Counted from the stretch's first letter, positions 25,105 through 33,560 are shown. The stretch: DNA of 36,917 bases from a virus (IMGVR_UViG_3300021404_000007:64001-100917), one strand, 5' to 3'. The notes: generated by a model not told the origin, from the sequence alone. Made by a program: numbers and translations.

Positions 25105-25509
25105 CTACTCTGCGTGATTGAGGCCTGTCGCCACGCCCAGAACGACGAGAGCAACGCCTCCCACGACCAGCGCCAGCCATAGGGCGATCAGACCGCATCC
25201 GACCGTAATTGCGACGATTCCGGTCAATTGCAGCGCATTTGCGACAAAATCCCGCCAATTTACCTCGGCTTTTTTCGACTCTGCCGGGACATTGGAAAGT
25301 ACCGCTTGTGGTGGGGTGGGCGCGTTTTTGGTCCGTTTACCCCTCGGGCGCCCTCGGCGGCGTACTACCGTGTCCAGCTCTGTTGGTGGCCGGATCGGCG
25401 GCAGGTTCGGATCGTACAAACGTTCGCTACCCAGCCGCTCCCCAATGGGCACGTCGGCCTTCATGTCCTCCGGCTTCACGGCCTCCGGCTGCCAGATCAC
25501 TTTCCCCAT
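25105..25509 (-). CDS. Membrane protein with two C-terminal TM helices (134 aa)
   Basis: Start MGKVIW overlaps the terL end. Hydrophobic C-terminus LTGIVAITVGCGLIALWLALVVGGVALVVLG, typical of the gene between terL and portal. Confidence 0.75.
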   Translation of the reverse strand: MGKVIWQPEAVKPEDMKADVPIGERLGSERLYDPNLPPIRPPTELDTVVRRRGRPRGKRTKNAPTPPQAVLSNVPAESKKAEVNWRDFVANALQLTGIVAITVGCGLIALWLALVVGGVALVVLGVATGLNHAE

Positions 25510-27113
25510 TTCTCCTCTGCCTCTCTCTCCCATTGCGCCAATGTCTCCTCGTCCGGCCACGCATGTATCTCCGGGTGGATGGGCTCGACGAAATTCTCCG
25601 ACAGCCATACCGCTGCCGCGCACGCGACCAGTGGCGCGGCGTCCACCGGGCTGTTGCGGCGGTCGAAGATCCAGGCGTCGTTGACCCGGCGGGAGAGGGT
25701 CGACGCCGCCGCCCGGTCCAGGACGAGGCTGGGCCTATGGAAAACCTCGCCCTGGACGATCTTGTCGTAAAACAGGCCGCAGCCGCCGGTCAACTCGGTG
25801 CCGGGGCCCCACTCGACCACCGGCACCCCGGCATCCTGTAGCTCGGTGATCATCCCGCTGGCCGGTGCGCCGGTCTTCTGCACGGCCACACCCTTCCACT
25901 TCGTCTTCCGCTCGGCCAGGTACGGCACCACCCAGTCCGTGCCGCGTGCCGCCTGCGCGATCTCGATGTGCAGGTAGCCGTCCGGGCGCTTGGCGGCCAC
26001 GGCGATGTAGGAGTGGGTGCGGTCGTAGTTCACGTCGAGTGCGGCATACACGGGTGCTCCCTCCGCACGGCGGCTGGCACCGTCCATGCCGTTCTGCCAG
26101 TACTCGGCCGGGATGATGCCCGGCTCCATGGCATCCACCCACTGGCACAGGTACTCGGTCTGGAAGCCCGGCATGTTCTTGTACTGCATCGCCTCGAAGT
26201 AGCCCTTCACCGTTTCGATGGTGAAGTCGGCCAGCCGGCCCATCGCGGGCAGGCTCAGGTACCAGTACCGGGGATCGCGCGGGTCCACGTCCATCGGGAC
26301 GCTCCACTCCCACATGCCCACCTTGGCGTCCTCGGTGGTGTCGGTGGTGATCCGGCGCAGCGCGCCTTCCCGCAGCGAGCGCAGCACCTCGCTGCGTGCG
26401 TCCCCCGCGTTGCTGGTGCAGATGACCTGGCCGTACATCGCCACCGTGGTGGTGGGCGCGATGGCGTTGTAGGCGTCCCAGGTGGTGTGCTCTCTTACCT
26501 CGTCCAGCATGGCCAGGTGCACGGTGAGGGAGCGCGCGCCCTTGCGGCTGGCGGTGGCCGCGCGCCAGAGGCGGCGGTTGGTCAGCACAGCGCGGTGCCG
26601 CCCGTTGGTGACGCGGTGGTTGATCAGCTCCCGGCACAGCACCGGGTGCTCGCGGATTTCGTCGACGACCTCGCTCAGCATGCCCTCGGCGTAGTCCAGG
26701 TTCTGTGCCGCGATGACGGCGACGCGCGCCGCCGGGCACGTCTTGCTGGCGTGGCCGTACTCGTTCATGAACAGCCGCCACAGTCCGATGCCCTTGATCC
26801 ACCGCGTCTTGCCCTGCTGCCGCCCGACCATGACCACCAGGGTTTGGAACCGGAAGCCGGTGTGGTCCAGCCGTTTCTCGAGTGCGTGCCAATACAGCCA
26901 GATCTGCCAGGGCAGCAGCGTCCAGCCCCATATCCGTTCCAGGAAGAAGATGCAGCTGGCACCCCAGCTGGTGACGTTGTTGAGGCCGCAGCCGCACGGG
27001 CAGAACTCCTCGGAACCTGCGAACGACTGGCAGTTGGCGGGCAGCGGTTTCGTCATCAGCCGCGGCAGCGTGCTGCCGAGGGTCCGTACGTCTTCTGTTG
27101 CCAGGGTGGTCAT
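25497..27113 (-). CDS. terL: Terminase large subunit (538 aa)
   Basis: Walker A GRQQGKT, Walker B AMLDEVRE, coupling motif TSNAG, nuclease YAALDV, and C-terminal VDAAPLVA. Confidence 0.96.
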   Translation of the reverse strand: MTTLATEDVRTLGSTLPRLMTKPLPANCQSFAGSEEFCPCGCGLNNVTSWGASCIFFLERIWGWTLLPWQIWLYWHALEKRLDHTGFRFQTLVVMVGRQQGKTRWIKGIGLWRLFMNEYGHASKTCPAARVAVIAAQNLDYAEGMLSEVVDEIREHPVLCRELINHRVTNGRHRAVLTNRRLWRAATASRKGARSLTVHLAMLDEVREHTTWDAYNAIAPTTTVAMYGQVICTSNAGDARSEVLRSLREGALRRITTDTTEDAKVGMWEWSVPMDVDPRDPRYWYLSLPAMGRLADFTIETVKGYFEAMQYKNMPGFQTEYLCQWVDAMEPGIIPAEYWQNGMDGASRRAEGAPVYAALDVNYDRTHSYIAVAAKRPDGYLHIEIAQAARGTDWVVPYLAERKTKWKGVAVQKTGAPASGMITELQDAGVPVVEWGPGTELTGGCGLFYDKIVQGEVFHRPSLVLDRAAASTLSRRVNDAWIFDRRNSPVDAAPLVACAAAVWLSENFVEPIHPEIHAWPDEETLAQWEREAEEKWGK

Positions 27114-27117
27114 TTAA

Positions 27118-27567
27118 CTACATGGCGTCGGGCGGCTTGCGGTGTCGCTCCCGGTACTTCTGCAGCTCCACCACGTCGTCGGCCAGGTCGTTGTCGCCAA
27201 TGGGCGCCAGCGGCATCCCCATCCGGTCGTCGGTGATCTGGTAGAGCTTGGCCTGCTGGTCCAGTAACCGCCGCGCCACCTCGATGGCCTTGGGGTCCTT
27301 GTCCCCGAAGGCGCGTGGCCAGATGGCCTTGATGAGCATTTCCAGCCGCTCGCTGTAGACGATGAGCGCCTTCTCGCTGATCAGCCCGAACCGCTCGGCC
27401 GCGATCTCCAACTGCTTGACGATGATGCGGTGCACCTGGCTGCCGTGCAGGTTGATCCGGGGCTGCTTGCCGATCTCCCGCTCAGTCCAGCCGGTCAGGA
27501 ACAGGTGCAGGATCAGCGCGTCCCGCTGCTCCTTCTGCTCGCGCGGCAGCTGTGGCCTACCCGCCAT
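27118..27567 (-). CDS. terS: Terminase small subunit (N-terminal HTH plus helical domain, 149 aa)
   Basis: Immediately upstream of terL. HTH RDALILHLFLTGWTEREIG, then LEMLIKAIWPRA...AIEVARRLLDQQAKL. Confidence 0.8.
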   Translation of the reverse strand: MAGRPQLPREQKEQRDALILHLFLTGWTEREIGKQPRINLHGSQVHRIIVKQLEIAAERFGLISEKALIVYSERLEMLIKAIWPRAFGDKDPKAIEVARRLLDQQAKLYQITDDRMGMPLAPIGDNDLADDVVELQKYRERHRKPPDAM

Positions 27568-27868
27568 CAACCCATCTCACTTCCGTGCTGCCCCCGTGGC
27601 CGTGGATGCTGACCAGGTCCTCGATGCTGGCGTACAGCGCGGTGGACGAGATGTCGGTGAGCCACCGCAGCGCCGCGCTGCCGTCCGAGAACACCACGCC
27701 CTCGGCCACGATCCCGGTGCCGCTGGTGCCGCTCACGTCCGTGTGCCGGTACAGCACGAAACGCTGCATGGGCCTATTCTTGCTGGTCGTCACCGTTCCG
27801 TCTTCATGCAGCACGCGCACGCTGGCGCCGTACCCGACTTGTGTGACTTCTGGTCTTCCTAGCGCCAT
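27557..27868 (-). CDS. Conserved actinophage hypothetical protein (103 aa)
   Basis: TAATG overlap start. The motif DVSGTSGTGIVAEGVVFSDG...HGHGGSTEVRW is recurrent in actinobacterial phages. Confidence 0.75.
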   Translation of the reverse strand: MALGRPEVTQVGYGASVRVLHEDGTVTTSKNRPMQRFVLYRHTDVSGTSGTGIVAEGVVFSDGSAALRWLTDISSTALYASIEDLVSIHGHGGSTEVRWVDGG

Positions 27869-28131
27869 TAACTGCTCCGCTCCTGATAGGACGGTACGTG
27901 GCCGCAGTGTACGCAGCCAGCTTGGATTCCCGCGTACTCATGCGGGCAGCCACCCGGACCGAGTTCCACTGGTGCGCCCAGGTAGCCCGGACAGAGGCAC
28001 GGGCAGGTGCGGTTGAAGGTCTTGCGCCGCTCGTCCCAGTCGTAGGCGATGCGCGTGCGGCACCTGTGTTCCGCACCCAGGATGTGCGCCTCGCGCGGGT
28101 GGCCGCATCGCCTGCACATCACCCGGATCAT
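27868..28131 (-). CDS. Small Cys/His-rich putative Zn-binding protein (87 aa)
   Basis: Motifs CRRCGHPREAH, CPCLC and CPH...CVHC; overlaps both neighbours. Confidence 0.7.
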   Translation of the reverse strand: MIRVMCRRCGHPREAHILGAEHRCRTRIAYDWDERRKTFNRTCPCLCPGYLGAPVELGPGGCPHEYAGIQAGCVHCGHVPSYQERSS

Positions 28132-28181
28132 TGTGGGCGCGGCGGCCAGGGTTCCGGGTTTAGCCGCCGCGCGTGTCTCAT
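28128..28181 (-). CDS. 17-aa micro-ORF (MRHARRLNPEPWPPRPQ), possible translational-coupling peptide
   Basis: ATGA overlaps at both ends bridge the MTase stop and the next start exactly. Confidence 0.45.
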   Translation of the reverse strand: MRHARRLNPEPWPPRPQ

Positions 28182-28840
28182 ACTTTCAGGTCGAACAGCC
28201 CCAGCTCGTGCTCGTTGGCCAGCACGCCGCCCGGTGGTGACTGCTCGGGTATCCGGTCGATCTGGTGCAGGTTGAAGGGCTCGGTGGTCAGGTCGTGCTG
28301 GTGCTCCATATAGCCCAGCCACGGGTAGTCCATCGGCTTGTACTCGAAGTCGTTGCTGGCGCCGGGATAGTTGGAGGCCAGCAGGTACTTGCTGCCGCTG
28401 GCCCGGAACTTGTCCAGCATGTGGTTGATGTACTCGTTGGGCAGGTGCGCCAGGAAGTCCCGGCACAGGATCAGGTCGCGGCGCGGGAACAGCCGTTGCT
28501 TGAGCAGGTTGGTGCGCACGAAGGAGACGTTTTTCCAGCTCCGGTACTTGGTCTTGTTGCGCTGGATCAGGTGCTCGTCCACGTCCATGCCGATGTAGCT
28601 GTAGACGTTGCTGATGTCCACCGTCTGCATCCACGTGAAGTCGCCGCACGGCGCGTCCAGCATCGTCTGCACCCGGTACTCCAACAGCAGGTACGGCAGC
28701 CGCTCCCGTAACCCCTTGGTGAACTCGATGCTGCTGCCGGGCCCGTTGAGGCTGCCGTTGATGAGCGCGAACTTGGGGTTGCACCGCATCTCCGAGACGA
28801 TCTGGGCCCAGGCGTGCGCCTGCATGTCGGCGAACTCCAT
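28178..28840 (-). CDS. Class I SAM-dependent methyltransferase, small-molecule/sugar type (220 aa)
   Basis: Motifs GPGSS, MLDAPCGD (motif I), YIGMDV (motif II) and DLILCRDFLAHL. No DNA-MTase catalytic DPPY/NPPY motif. Confidence 0.88.
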   Translation of the reverse strand: MEFADMQAHAWAQIVSEMRCNPKFALINGSLNGPGSSIEFTKGLRERLPYLLLEYRVQTMLDAPCGDFTWMQTVDISNVYSYIGMDVDEHLIQRNKTKYRSWKNVSFVRTNLLKQRLFPRRDLILCRDFLAHLPNEYINHMLDKFRASGSKYLLASNYPGASNDFEYKPMDYPWLGYMEHQHDLTTEPFNLHQIDRIPEQSPPGGVLANEHELGLFDLKV

Positions 28841-28841
28841 G

Positions 28842-29201
28842 TCAGAACGGTGGCGTGACGACCGGCGGCGCCAGCGGGTTGGGGGAGTCGACCGCCAGCA
28901 CGTTGCCGGTCAGCGGATCGAAGGCCACCGGCACCTGCCCGCTCAGTGTCACCTCCGACACCGGACTGCCGGCGCCGGTCTCGATCTGCACGATGTCCGG
29001 GTCGTCCACGGCGGGCAGCGCCGCCGCCAGGTCGGCCAGGTGCTGTGGCACCGGCTCACCCAGCGCCCCGTACAGCGCCACCTGCGCCTTGATGGAGACA
29101 GAGCGCACCGCGTCCGGATCCCGGACGTACAGGGTTCCCGGTGGCGCGGCGGGCACCCGGCCAAATCTGCCGAGGTCCATGGGGTCGACTATCTCCGTCA
29201 T
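28842..29201 (-). CDS. Hypothetical protein (119 aa)
   Basis: Start MTEIVDP with RBS GGAG; good codon bias; no motif recognised. Confidence 0.65.
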   Translation of the reverse strand: MTEIVDPMDLGRFGRVPAAPPGTLYVRDPDAVRSVSIKAQVALYGALGEPVPQHLADLAAALPAVDDPDIVQIETGAGSPVSEVTLSGQVPVAFDPLTGNVLAVDSPNPLAPPVVTPPF

Positions 29202-29203
29202 GG

Positions 29204-29476
29204 CTATCTCCGTCCGTAGTCGAACTGTATCCACGACACGTCGTGGCCGTTGACGCGCATCGTCCCCTGCCCCTTGCTCGGCGGATCGCCGTACACCCCG
29301 CGTGGGTCGCCCTCCAAGAACCACTGGTCCTGCTGTTGCGCCCGCGCCAGCAGGGCAGCCTGCTCACGCTTGGCGCGAGCGAGCCGCCGCGCACGGCGCC
29401 GGAGGAGGAACACCGCCATTCCCAGCCACGCCAGGACGACCAGCATGGCCAACAGCAGCGCCAGCGCCCGGATCAT
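29204..29476 (-). CDS. Single-pass membrane protein (90 aa)
   Basis: N-terminal TM helix, a basic stretch, and QQQDQWFLEGDPRGVYG, a motif seen in mycobacteriophage small membrane proteins. Confidence 0.75.
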   Translation of the reverse strand: MIRALALLLAMLVVLAWLGMAVFLLRRRARRLARAKREQAALLARAQQQDQWFLEGDPRGVYGDPPSKGQGTMRVNGHDVSWIQFDYGRR

Positions 29477-29610
29477 GACTTCAAGTATGGATTCGGCGTC
29501 ATCAGCACGTAGGCCAGCAGGCACCACGGGCACACGTTGTCCTGGTTGAGCACGCGCACATGGCGGGCCTGCCCGCAGTCCCGGCAGTTCGCCATCTCCT
29601 GCGCCTTCAT
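29473..29610 (-). CDS. Small Zn-finger-like protein (45 aa)
   Basis: MKAQEMANCRDC...VCPWC with ATGA overlaps at both ends. Confidence 0.6.
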   Translation of the reverse strand: MKAQEMANCRDCGQARHVRVLNQDNVCPWCLLAYVLMTPNPYLKS

Positions 29611-30302
29611 GCGTGCGCCAGCGGGAAGAGGCCCAGCTCCCGCTGCTCCGTCAGCACCCCGCCGGGTCCGGGGTCCTCCTGCACCGCCTGCACCTTGCGC
29701 AGCGAGAAGGGCGGCTCCTCCAAATTCACCGGCCGCTCCATGTAGCCCGCCCAGGCGTAGGCGTTCGGGTCGTAGACGAACTGGTTGGTCGAGTCCGGGT
29801 AGGTGGTGGCCAGCAGCCACTGCGTGCCGCTGGCCATGAACTTGTCGAGCACCGCGCAGATGTAGTCGTTGGTGAGATGGCCGAGGAAATCGCGGCACAG
29901 GATCAGGTCGAACCGTGGCACCTGCTCGACGGTGAGGAGGTTGACCTGCTCGAACACCACCGCGGGCCGCTCCTCCCCCATGTAGTCGCCCATCGCCACC
30001 CGCTGCCTGCACCGCTCCACCCGGCCGGGGTCCACGTCCCAGCCGGTGTACTTGATGCCGCTCAGGTTCACCATCCGCATCCAGTTCCAGTCGCCGCACG
30101 CCGCATCCAGCATGGTGATGACGCCCAGGTAGTTGAGCAGCTGCGGCAGCTGATCCCGCAGCGTCTTGGTGCAGCCCACGCTGGCGCCCGGTCCGTCCCA
30201 GCTGCCGCCGGGCTGGGTCGGAATCAGCGGGTGCGCCTCAGCCTGCTCGGCCCACTCCCGTATCTCACTCCACGCCCTTGCCTGGTCCTCGACAAAGCTC
30301 AC
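29607..30302 (-). CDS. Class I SAM-dependent methyltransferase, paralog of 28178..28840 (231 aa)
   Basis: Motifs GPGAS, MLDAACGD, YTGWDV and DLILCRDFLGHL; collinear with the paralog to the last residues (ELGLF). Confidence 0.88.
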   Translation of the reverse strand: MSFVEDQARAWSEIREWAEQAEAHPLIPTQPGGSWDGPGASVGCTKTLRDQLPQLLNYLGVITMLDAACGDWNWMRMVNLSGIKYTGWDVDPGRVERCRQRVAMGDYMGEERPAVVFEQVNLLTVEQVPRFDLILCRDFLGHLTNDYICAVLDKFMASGTQWLLATTYPDSTNQFVYDPNAYAWAGYMERPVNLEEPPFSLRKVQAVQEDPGPGGVLTEQRELGLFPLAHA

Positions 30303-30472
30303 GTCGACTCCTGTAGGTGCACGGTGAGCCGGTGATGGCCGTCCGGGTGGTCGATGACGCTGACCTGCGCGTCACCTTCGGCCATCACCCGGTTCACCTC
30401 CTCCCACCACGCGCTCGCCTCGGCGATCTTGCACGGCAGTTCCAGCTGCAGGGTGGTGTAGTTAGTGGCCAT
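30299..30472 (-). CDS. Small hypothetical protein (57 aa)
   Basis: MATNYTTLQLELPC...LQEST with a TAATG overlap at the start and a GTGA overlap at the end. Confidence 0.65.
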   Translation of the reverse strand: MATNYTTLQLELPCKIAEASAWWEEVNRVMAEGDAQVSVIDHPDGHHRLTVHLQEST

Positions 30473-30840
30473 TAACCGGGCTGCTCCTGGTAGACGGGGG
30501 TGACGATGGCGGTGCCGGGACCGGACGAGCTGATGGTGATGGGCGGCGACAGCGGTGCGCCGTACTGATAGTTGCCCCCGTCCCACACGCCGTAGTGCGT
30601 GGCCACCGTGGAGGGCGGGAGGATGAAGGTGACGTCCGAACCCAGCGACTCGGCGTTGCCCCCGATCATCGTGGGCGTGCCCCACGTCGTCGGCTGGCGG
30701 CTGTACGCGGCGTCCGCAATCTCCGCACCACCCCCCTCGCCGGGGTCCGCCGTATGCAGCGAGATGTCGGCTCCCAGGCTGGTGGCGTAGCTGGCCATTG
30801 CCACCAGGAAGCTGGGGGAGGCGGCGCGCGGGGTAGTCAT
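30472..30840 (-). CDS. Tail-fibre-associated small structural protein, SLHTADPG family (122 aa)
   Basis: Motif ISLHTADPG...EI...YSRQPTTW...THYGVWD. Confidence 0.75.
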   Translation of the reverse strand: MTTPRAASPSFLVAMASYATSLGADISLHTADPGEGGGAEIADAAYSRQPTTWGTPTMIGGNAESLGSDVTFILPPSTVATHYGVWDGGNYQYGAPLSPPITISSSGPGTAIVTPVYQEQPG

Positions 30841-31499
30841 TCCTCGTCTCCTTCCAACGCTTCAGCGATGGTGTCCTTGGCCGCCCTGGCGTGTTCCACC
30901 AGCTCGGGGTCTATCGGCTTGCAGATGCCGCACGTCTTGTAGTTGCTGATGGCGACCAGACCGGCCAGCTGCTTCTCGGTCAGCCCGCGCGCCAGGTACC
31001 ACGGCTCGAAGTTGTTGCCGGTGCGGGTGCAGGTGGCGCGATGGATGACCGAGCCGTTGCGGGTACGCACCAGCTCCGTTTCCCCACCGGCACGCAGCAG
31101 GGCGGTGAGCCCGGACACGCCGAGGGGGGCGACACCCGAGCCGTTGCGCTCGGTGTAGCTCAGCGCCAGGGTCATCAGCCCGGTGTCGTCGATGGTGACC
31201 GGCGACATCACCGGGATGCCGAAGATTGGCATGGGTGCGCCGCCGGTGTTGTACCAGGCAATGACGTGCGTGACCACGGTGCCGGGCGGGCCCCGGAAGG
31301 TCATCAGGTCGGTGTCCGCGCTGGCCTGCGGCCCGTTCACGATCGTGGCCCGCCACAGGATCAGGCTGCGCATATAACCGCCGCCGCTCACCTCATTGGT
31401 GCCGAGTGGCCACGGGTCGTCGGTGTGCAGGCTGGCGTCGTTCATGATGGCCTTGCCGTTGTCCACCAGCTTCATCAGCAGGAAGGGGCTGGCGCTCAT
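30837..31499 (-). CDS. SLHTxDP-family domain fused to a C-terminal Zn-finger resembling the Ada metal-binding domain (220 aa)
   Basis: N-terminal ASLHTDDP...NEVSGGGYMR; C-terminal IHRATC...KTCGICKP. Confidence 0.65.
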   Translation of the reverse strand: MSASPFLLMKLVDNGKAIMNDASLHTDDPWPLGTNEVSGGGYMRSLILWRATIVNGPQASADTDLMTFRGPPGTVVTHVIAWYNTGGAPMPIFGIPVMSPVTIDDTGLMTLALSYTERNGSGVAPLGVSGLTALLRAGGETELVRTRNGSVIHRATCTRTGNNFEPWYLARGLTEKQLAGLVAISNYKTCGICKPIDPELVEHARAAKDTIAEALEGDEE

Positions 31500-31801
31500 G
31501 CTTCGCGATGTACGTAGACGGGAGTGATGACGGCCAGCCCGGCGGGCGCCGGCCGGTCCAGTGGGCCACCGAACGAGTAGTCACCGCTCACATTCCAGCA
31601 GCCGAAGTGGGTGGCCACCATGCCGTCCGGGATGGTGAACCGGACGCCGCCGCCGGTGCACCGGCACGAGCCGTCGCCGGGGTCCACCCCCGGCAGGTCC
31701 AGCCACACCGTCTCCACCCGCCGGTAGTTGATGTCTCCCGATATCTCGTTGGCGCCGAACTCCCCCGGGTCGGCGGTATGCAGCGAGATGGTGCGGGCCA
31801 T
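31496..31801 (-). CDS. Tail-fibre-associated small structural protein, SLHTADPG family (about 101 aa)
   Basis: MARTISLHTADPGEFGANEISG...YRR...THFGCWN. Start chosen by GGGGAA RBS and alignment to the paralog; 31879 is an alternative start. Confidence 0.7.
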   Translation of the reverse strand: MARTISLHTADPGEFGANEISGDINYRRVETVWLDLPGVDPGDGSCRCTGGGVRFTIPDGMVATHFGCWNVSGDYSFGGPLDRPAPAGLAVITPVYVHREA

Positions 31802-31889
31802 CCCACAGGTGTTCCCCGCTTGGGCTGCCAAGAAATCCCACCTCACCGGCACAGTGGTTGATGGTAGGCGGTGTGCCATTGTGACACCG

Positions 31890-33560
31890 TTAGGACGCGC
31901 TAGCATCGCCGCTTAATTCCGCTTCGCCCACCGTGACGCCCACGTACTGCGGCACCGTAGTCAGCGCCATCTCGCCGGTCGAGACACCGAAGTACTGCGT
32001 GACAGCCGTGCCGGTGGCCGCCGCCAGCGTCTCGGTCGTACTGGTGCCCACGGCGCGGAAGGGTACGCGGGCGAGGGCCGCCGCCAGTGTCTCGGTAATG
32101 GAGAGCCCGCTATAGCGCTGGAACCCGGTGGCGCGTGGGCGGGACGCGCCGCAGTAGACCGCCCGGTGCCCGCCGCGGGCTTCCCCGATCCCGTGGGGGG
32201 CAGCCCTGCCGACGTACAAGCCGCGTGAGAACCGGACCGCCGAAGAGGTTGCGGTGGCCGAGGGGAAGCTGGTGCCGGTGTAGGCGCCGCGCACCACCGG
32301 AGTGAACTGCGCGGTGGCGAACGGTGTGGAGTGACCGGTGTAGCGGGCGCGAGCGGTGGGCTGGCCCCAGGCGACCGGGGCGCTGATCCCGATGTAGCGG
32401 GCCACCGCCACCGCGTCCACCTGGTACGCGGTCATGATCACGATTCCATCGGCACCGCTGCCGCCTGGGTCGCCGGGATCCCCACCAGCCCCGGCACCGG
32501 CCGGTGGCAGTCCGTCGCCGCCCGGTGTGTCCTGGTTGCCGCTGCCGTTGTAGATGCGGCCACCGAAGACGAAGGCCGGAGCACCGAGCCCACGGTGCGG
32601 TCCGGCGCCGCCCGGTGGTGACTGCGCACCGGATGCGCCGTCGACCACCAGCTGCCCGCGCACGCGGGAGGGACCGCCGTTGTGCCCGGTGGCGCCGCGA
32701 CGACCGCCGAGCCCGCCGTCACCCACCACGATGTGCAGCAGGGACTGCTGCCACGAGATGTCCCGCCCCCGCAGGATGGTGAGGCCGCGCCAGTTACCTG
32801 GCTCCGCGCCCCGGCCGTTCAGCCCCGTCCGGTGCGTGTCACTCCCCCCGGCCTCACCTCCCCCGGCGCCGGAGCAGGCCACGGCGTCGATGGCGGTACA
32901 CCACCACGGGATCCGGTAGTCATACCGGCCCGGCTGCCGGTAAACCTCTTGCTCCTCGTCGAAGGGCGGGAAGTGCCAGCTGGCACGGGGAGCGCTGCGG
33001 CTGCCCGCGCTGCCGGTGCTGCGCGGGGTGCGCTGGATGGCGTAGACGTAGACGCAGCCCGGCGCACCGTCACCGGCCTTGGTGTACTCGTTCTCGCTCC
33101 CGGCACCGCCGCCGCCCGGCGCCCATCCCGGCTCGCTGGGTGCGCGCTGCGGTGGACCGCCCTGGTACGTGCGGTCGTGGTAGCTGAGATGGCCGGGAGA
33201 CTGGCCCGGCAGCTCCGGGTGCGTGGGCGCCGGGATGGCGAGGCTGTGCAGTTGCCCGGCGTTGACCAGCGACCGCTGGCCCGTGGTGGCCGCAGTGGTG
33301 GACGAGCCGCCCCGGCCACCGCTGCCCACCACCCCGCTCACCGTGTCGGTGAAGTCGACGCCGCGTACCAGGGTGGTGACCGACCAGCGACCGGCGCGGC
33401 CACCGGCACCGGGGAACTTGGCGCTGCCCGGCTGCCCACCGTCGCCGCCGTCCAGGAGGATGACGTCCAGCTCGTCGCACCACCACGGCGGGGTGAAGCT
33501 GAAGGGCCCCGGCAGGTCGAACACGCCGAGGCGCACGTCGAACTCCAGCGCCGTGGTCAC
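31890..33560 (-). CDS. Glycine-rich minor tail/fibre-like protein (556 aa): two Gly-rich domains plus C-terminal YxGxS repeats
   Basis: Start GTG at 33560 (GTGA overlap). Two PWWC...GGxGG...VVGxGGxGG...PGGGGAG units resemble the mycobacteriophage glycine-rich tail domain. Confidence 0.78.
   Translation of the reverse strand: MTTALEFDVRLGVFDLPGPFSFTPPWWCDELDVILLDGGDGGQPGSAKFPGAGGRAGRWSVTTLVRGVDFTDTVSGVVGSGGRGGSSTTAATTGQRSLVNAGQLHSLAIPAPTHPELPGQSPGHLSYHDRTYQGGPPQRAPSEPGWAPGGGGAGSENEYTKAGDGAPGCVYVYAIQRTPRSTGSAGSRSAPRASWHFPPFDEEQEVYRQPGRYDYRIPWWCTAIDAVACSGAGGGEAGGSDTHRTGLNGRGAEPGNWRGLTILRGRDISWQQSLLHIVVGDGGLGGRRGATGHNGGPSRVRGQLVVDGASGAQSPPGGAGPHRGLGAPAFVFGGRIYNGSGNQDTPGGDGLPPAGAGAGGDPGDPGGSGADGIVIMTAYQVDAVAVARYIGISAPVAWGQPTARARYTGHSTPFATAQFTPVVRGAYTGTSFPSATATSSAVRFSRGLYVGRAAPHGIGEARGGHRAVYCGASRPRATGFQRYSGLSITETLAAALARVPFRAVGTSTTETLAAATGTAVTQYFGVSTGEMALTTVPQYVGVTVGEAELSGDASAS

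Noticed and set aside
28178-30302. DNA methyltransferase or restriction-modification interpretation of the MTases
   Set aside because: There is no DPPY/NPPY/SPPY or catalytic PC motif IV and no target-recognition domain. The PC in LDAPCGD is part of motif I and is absent from the paralog.
31881-31887. Isolated GTGTCAC copies elsewhere (31881-31887 on the minus strand; about 36763)
   Set aside because: A few single 7-mers are expected by chance in 37 kb of GC-rich DNA. Only the clustered array is significant.
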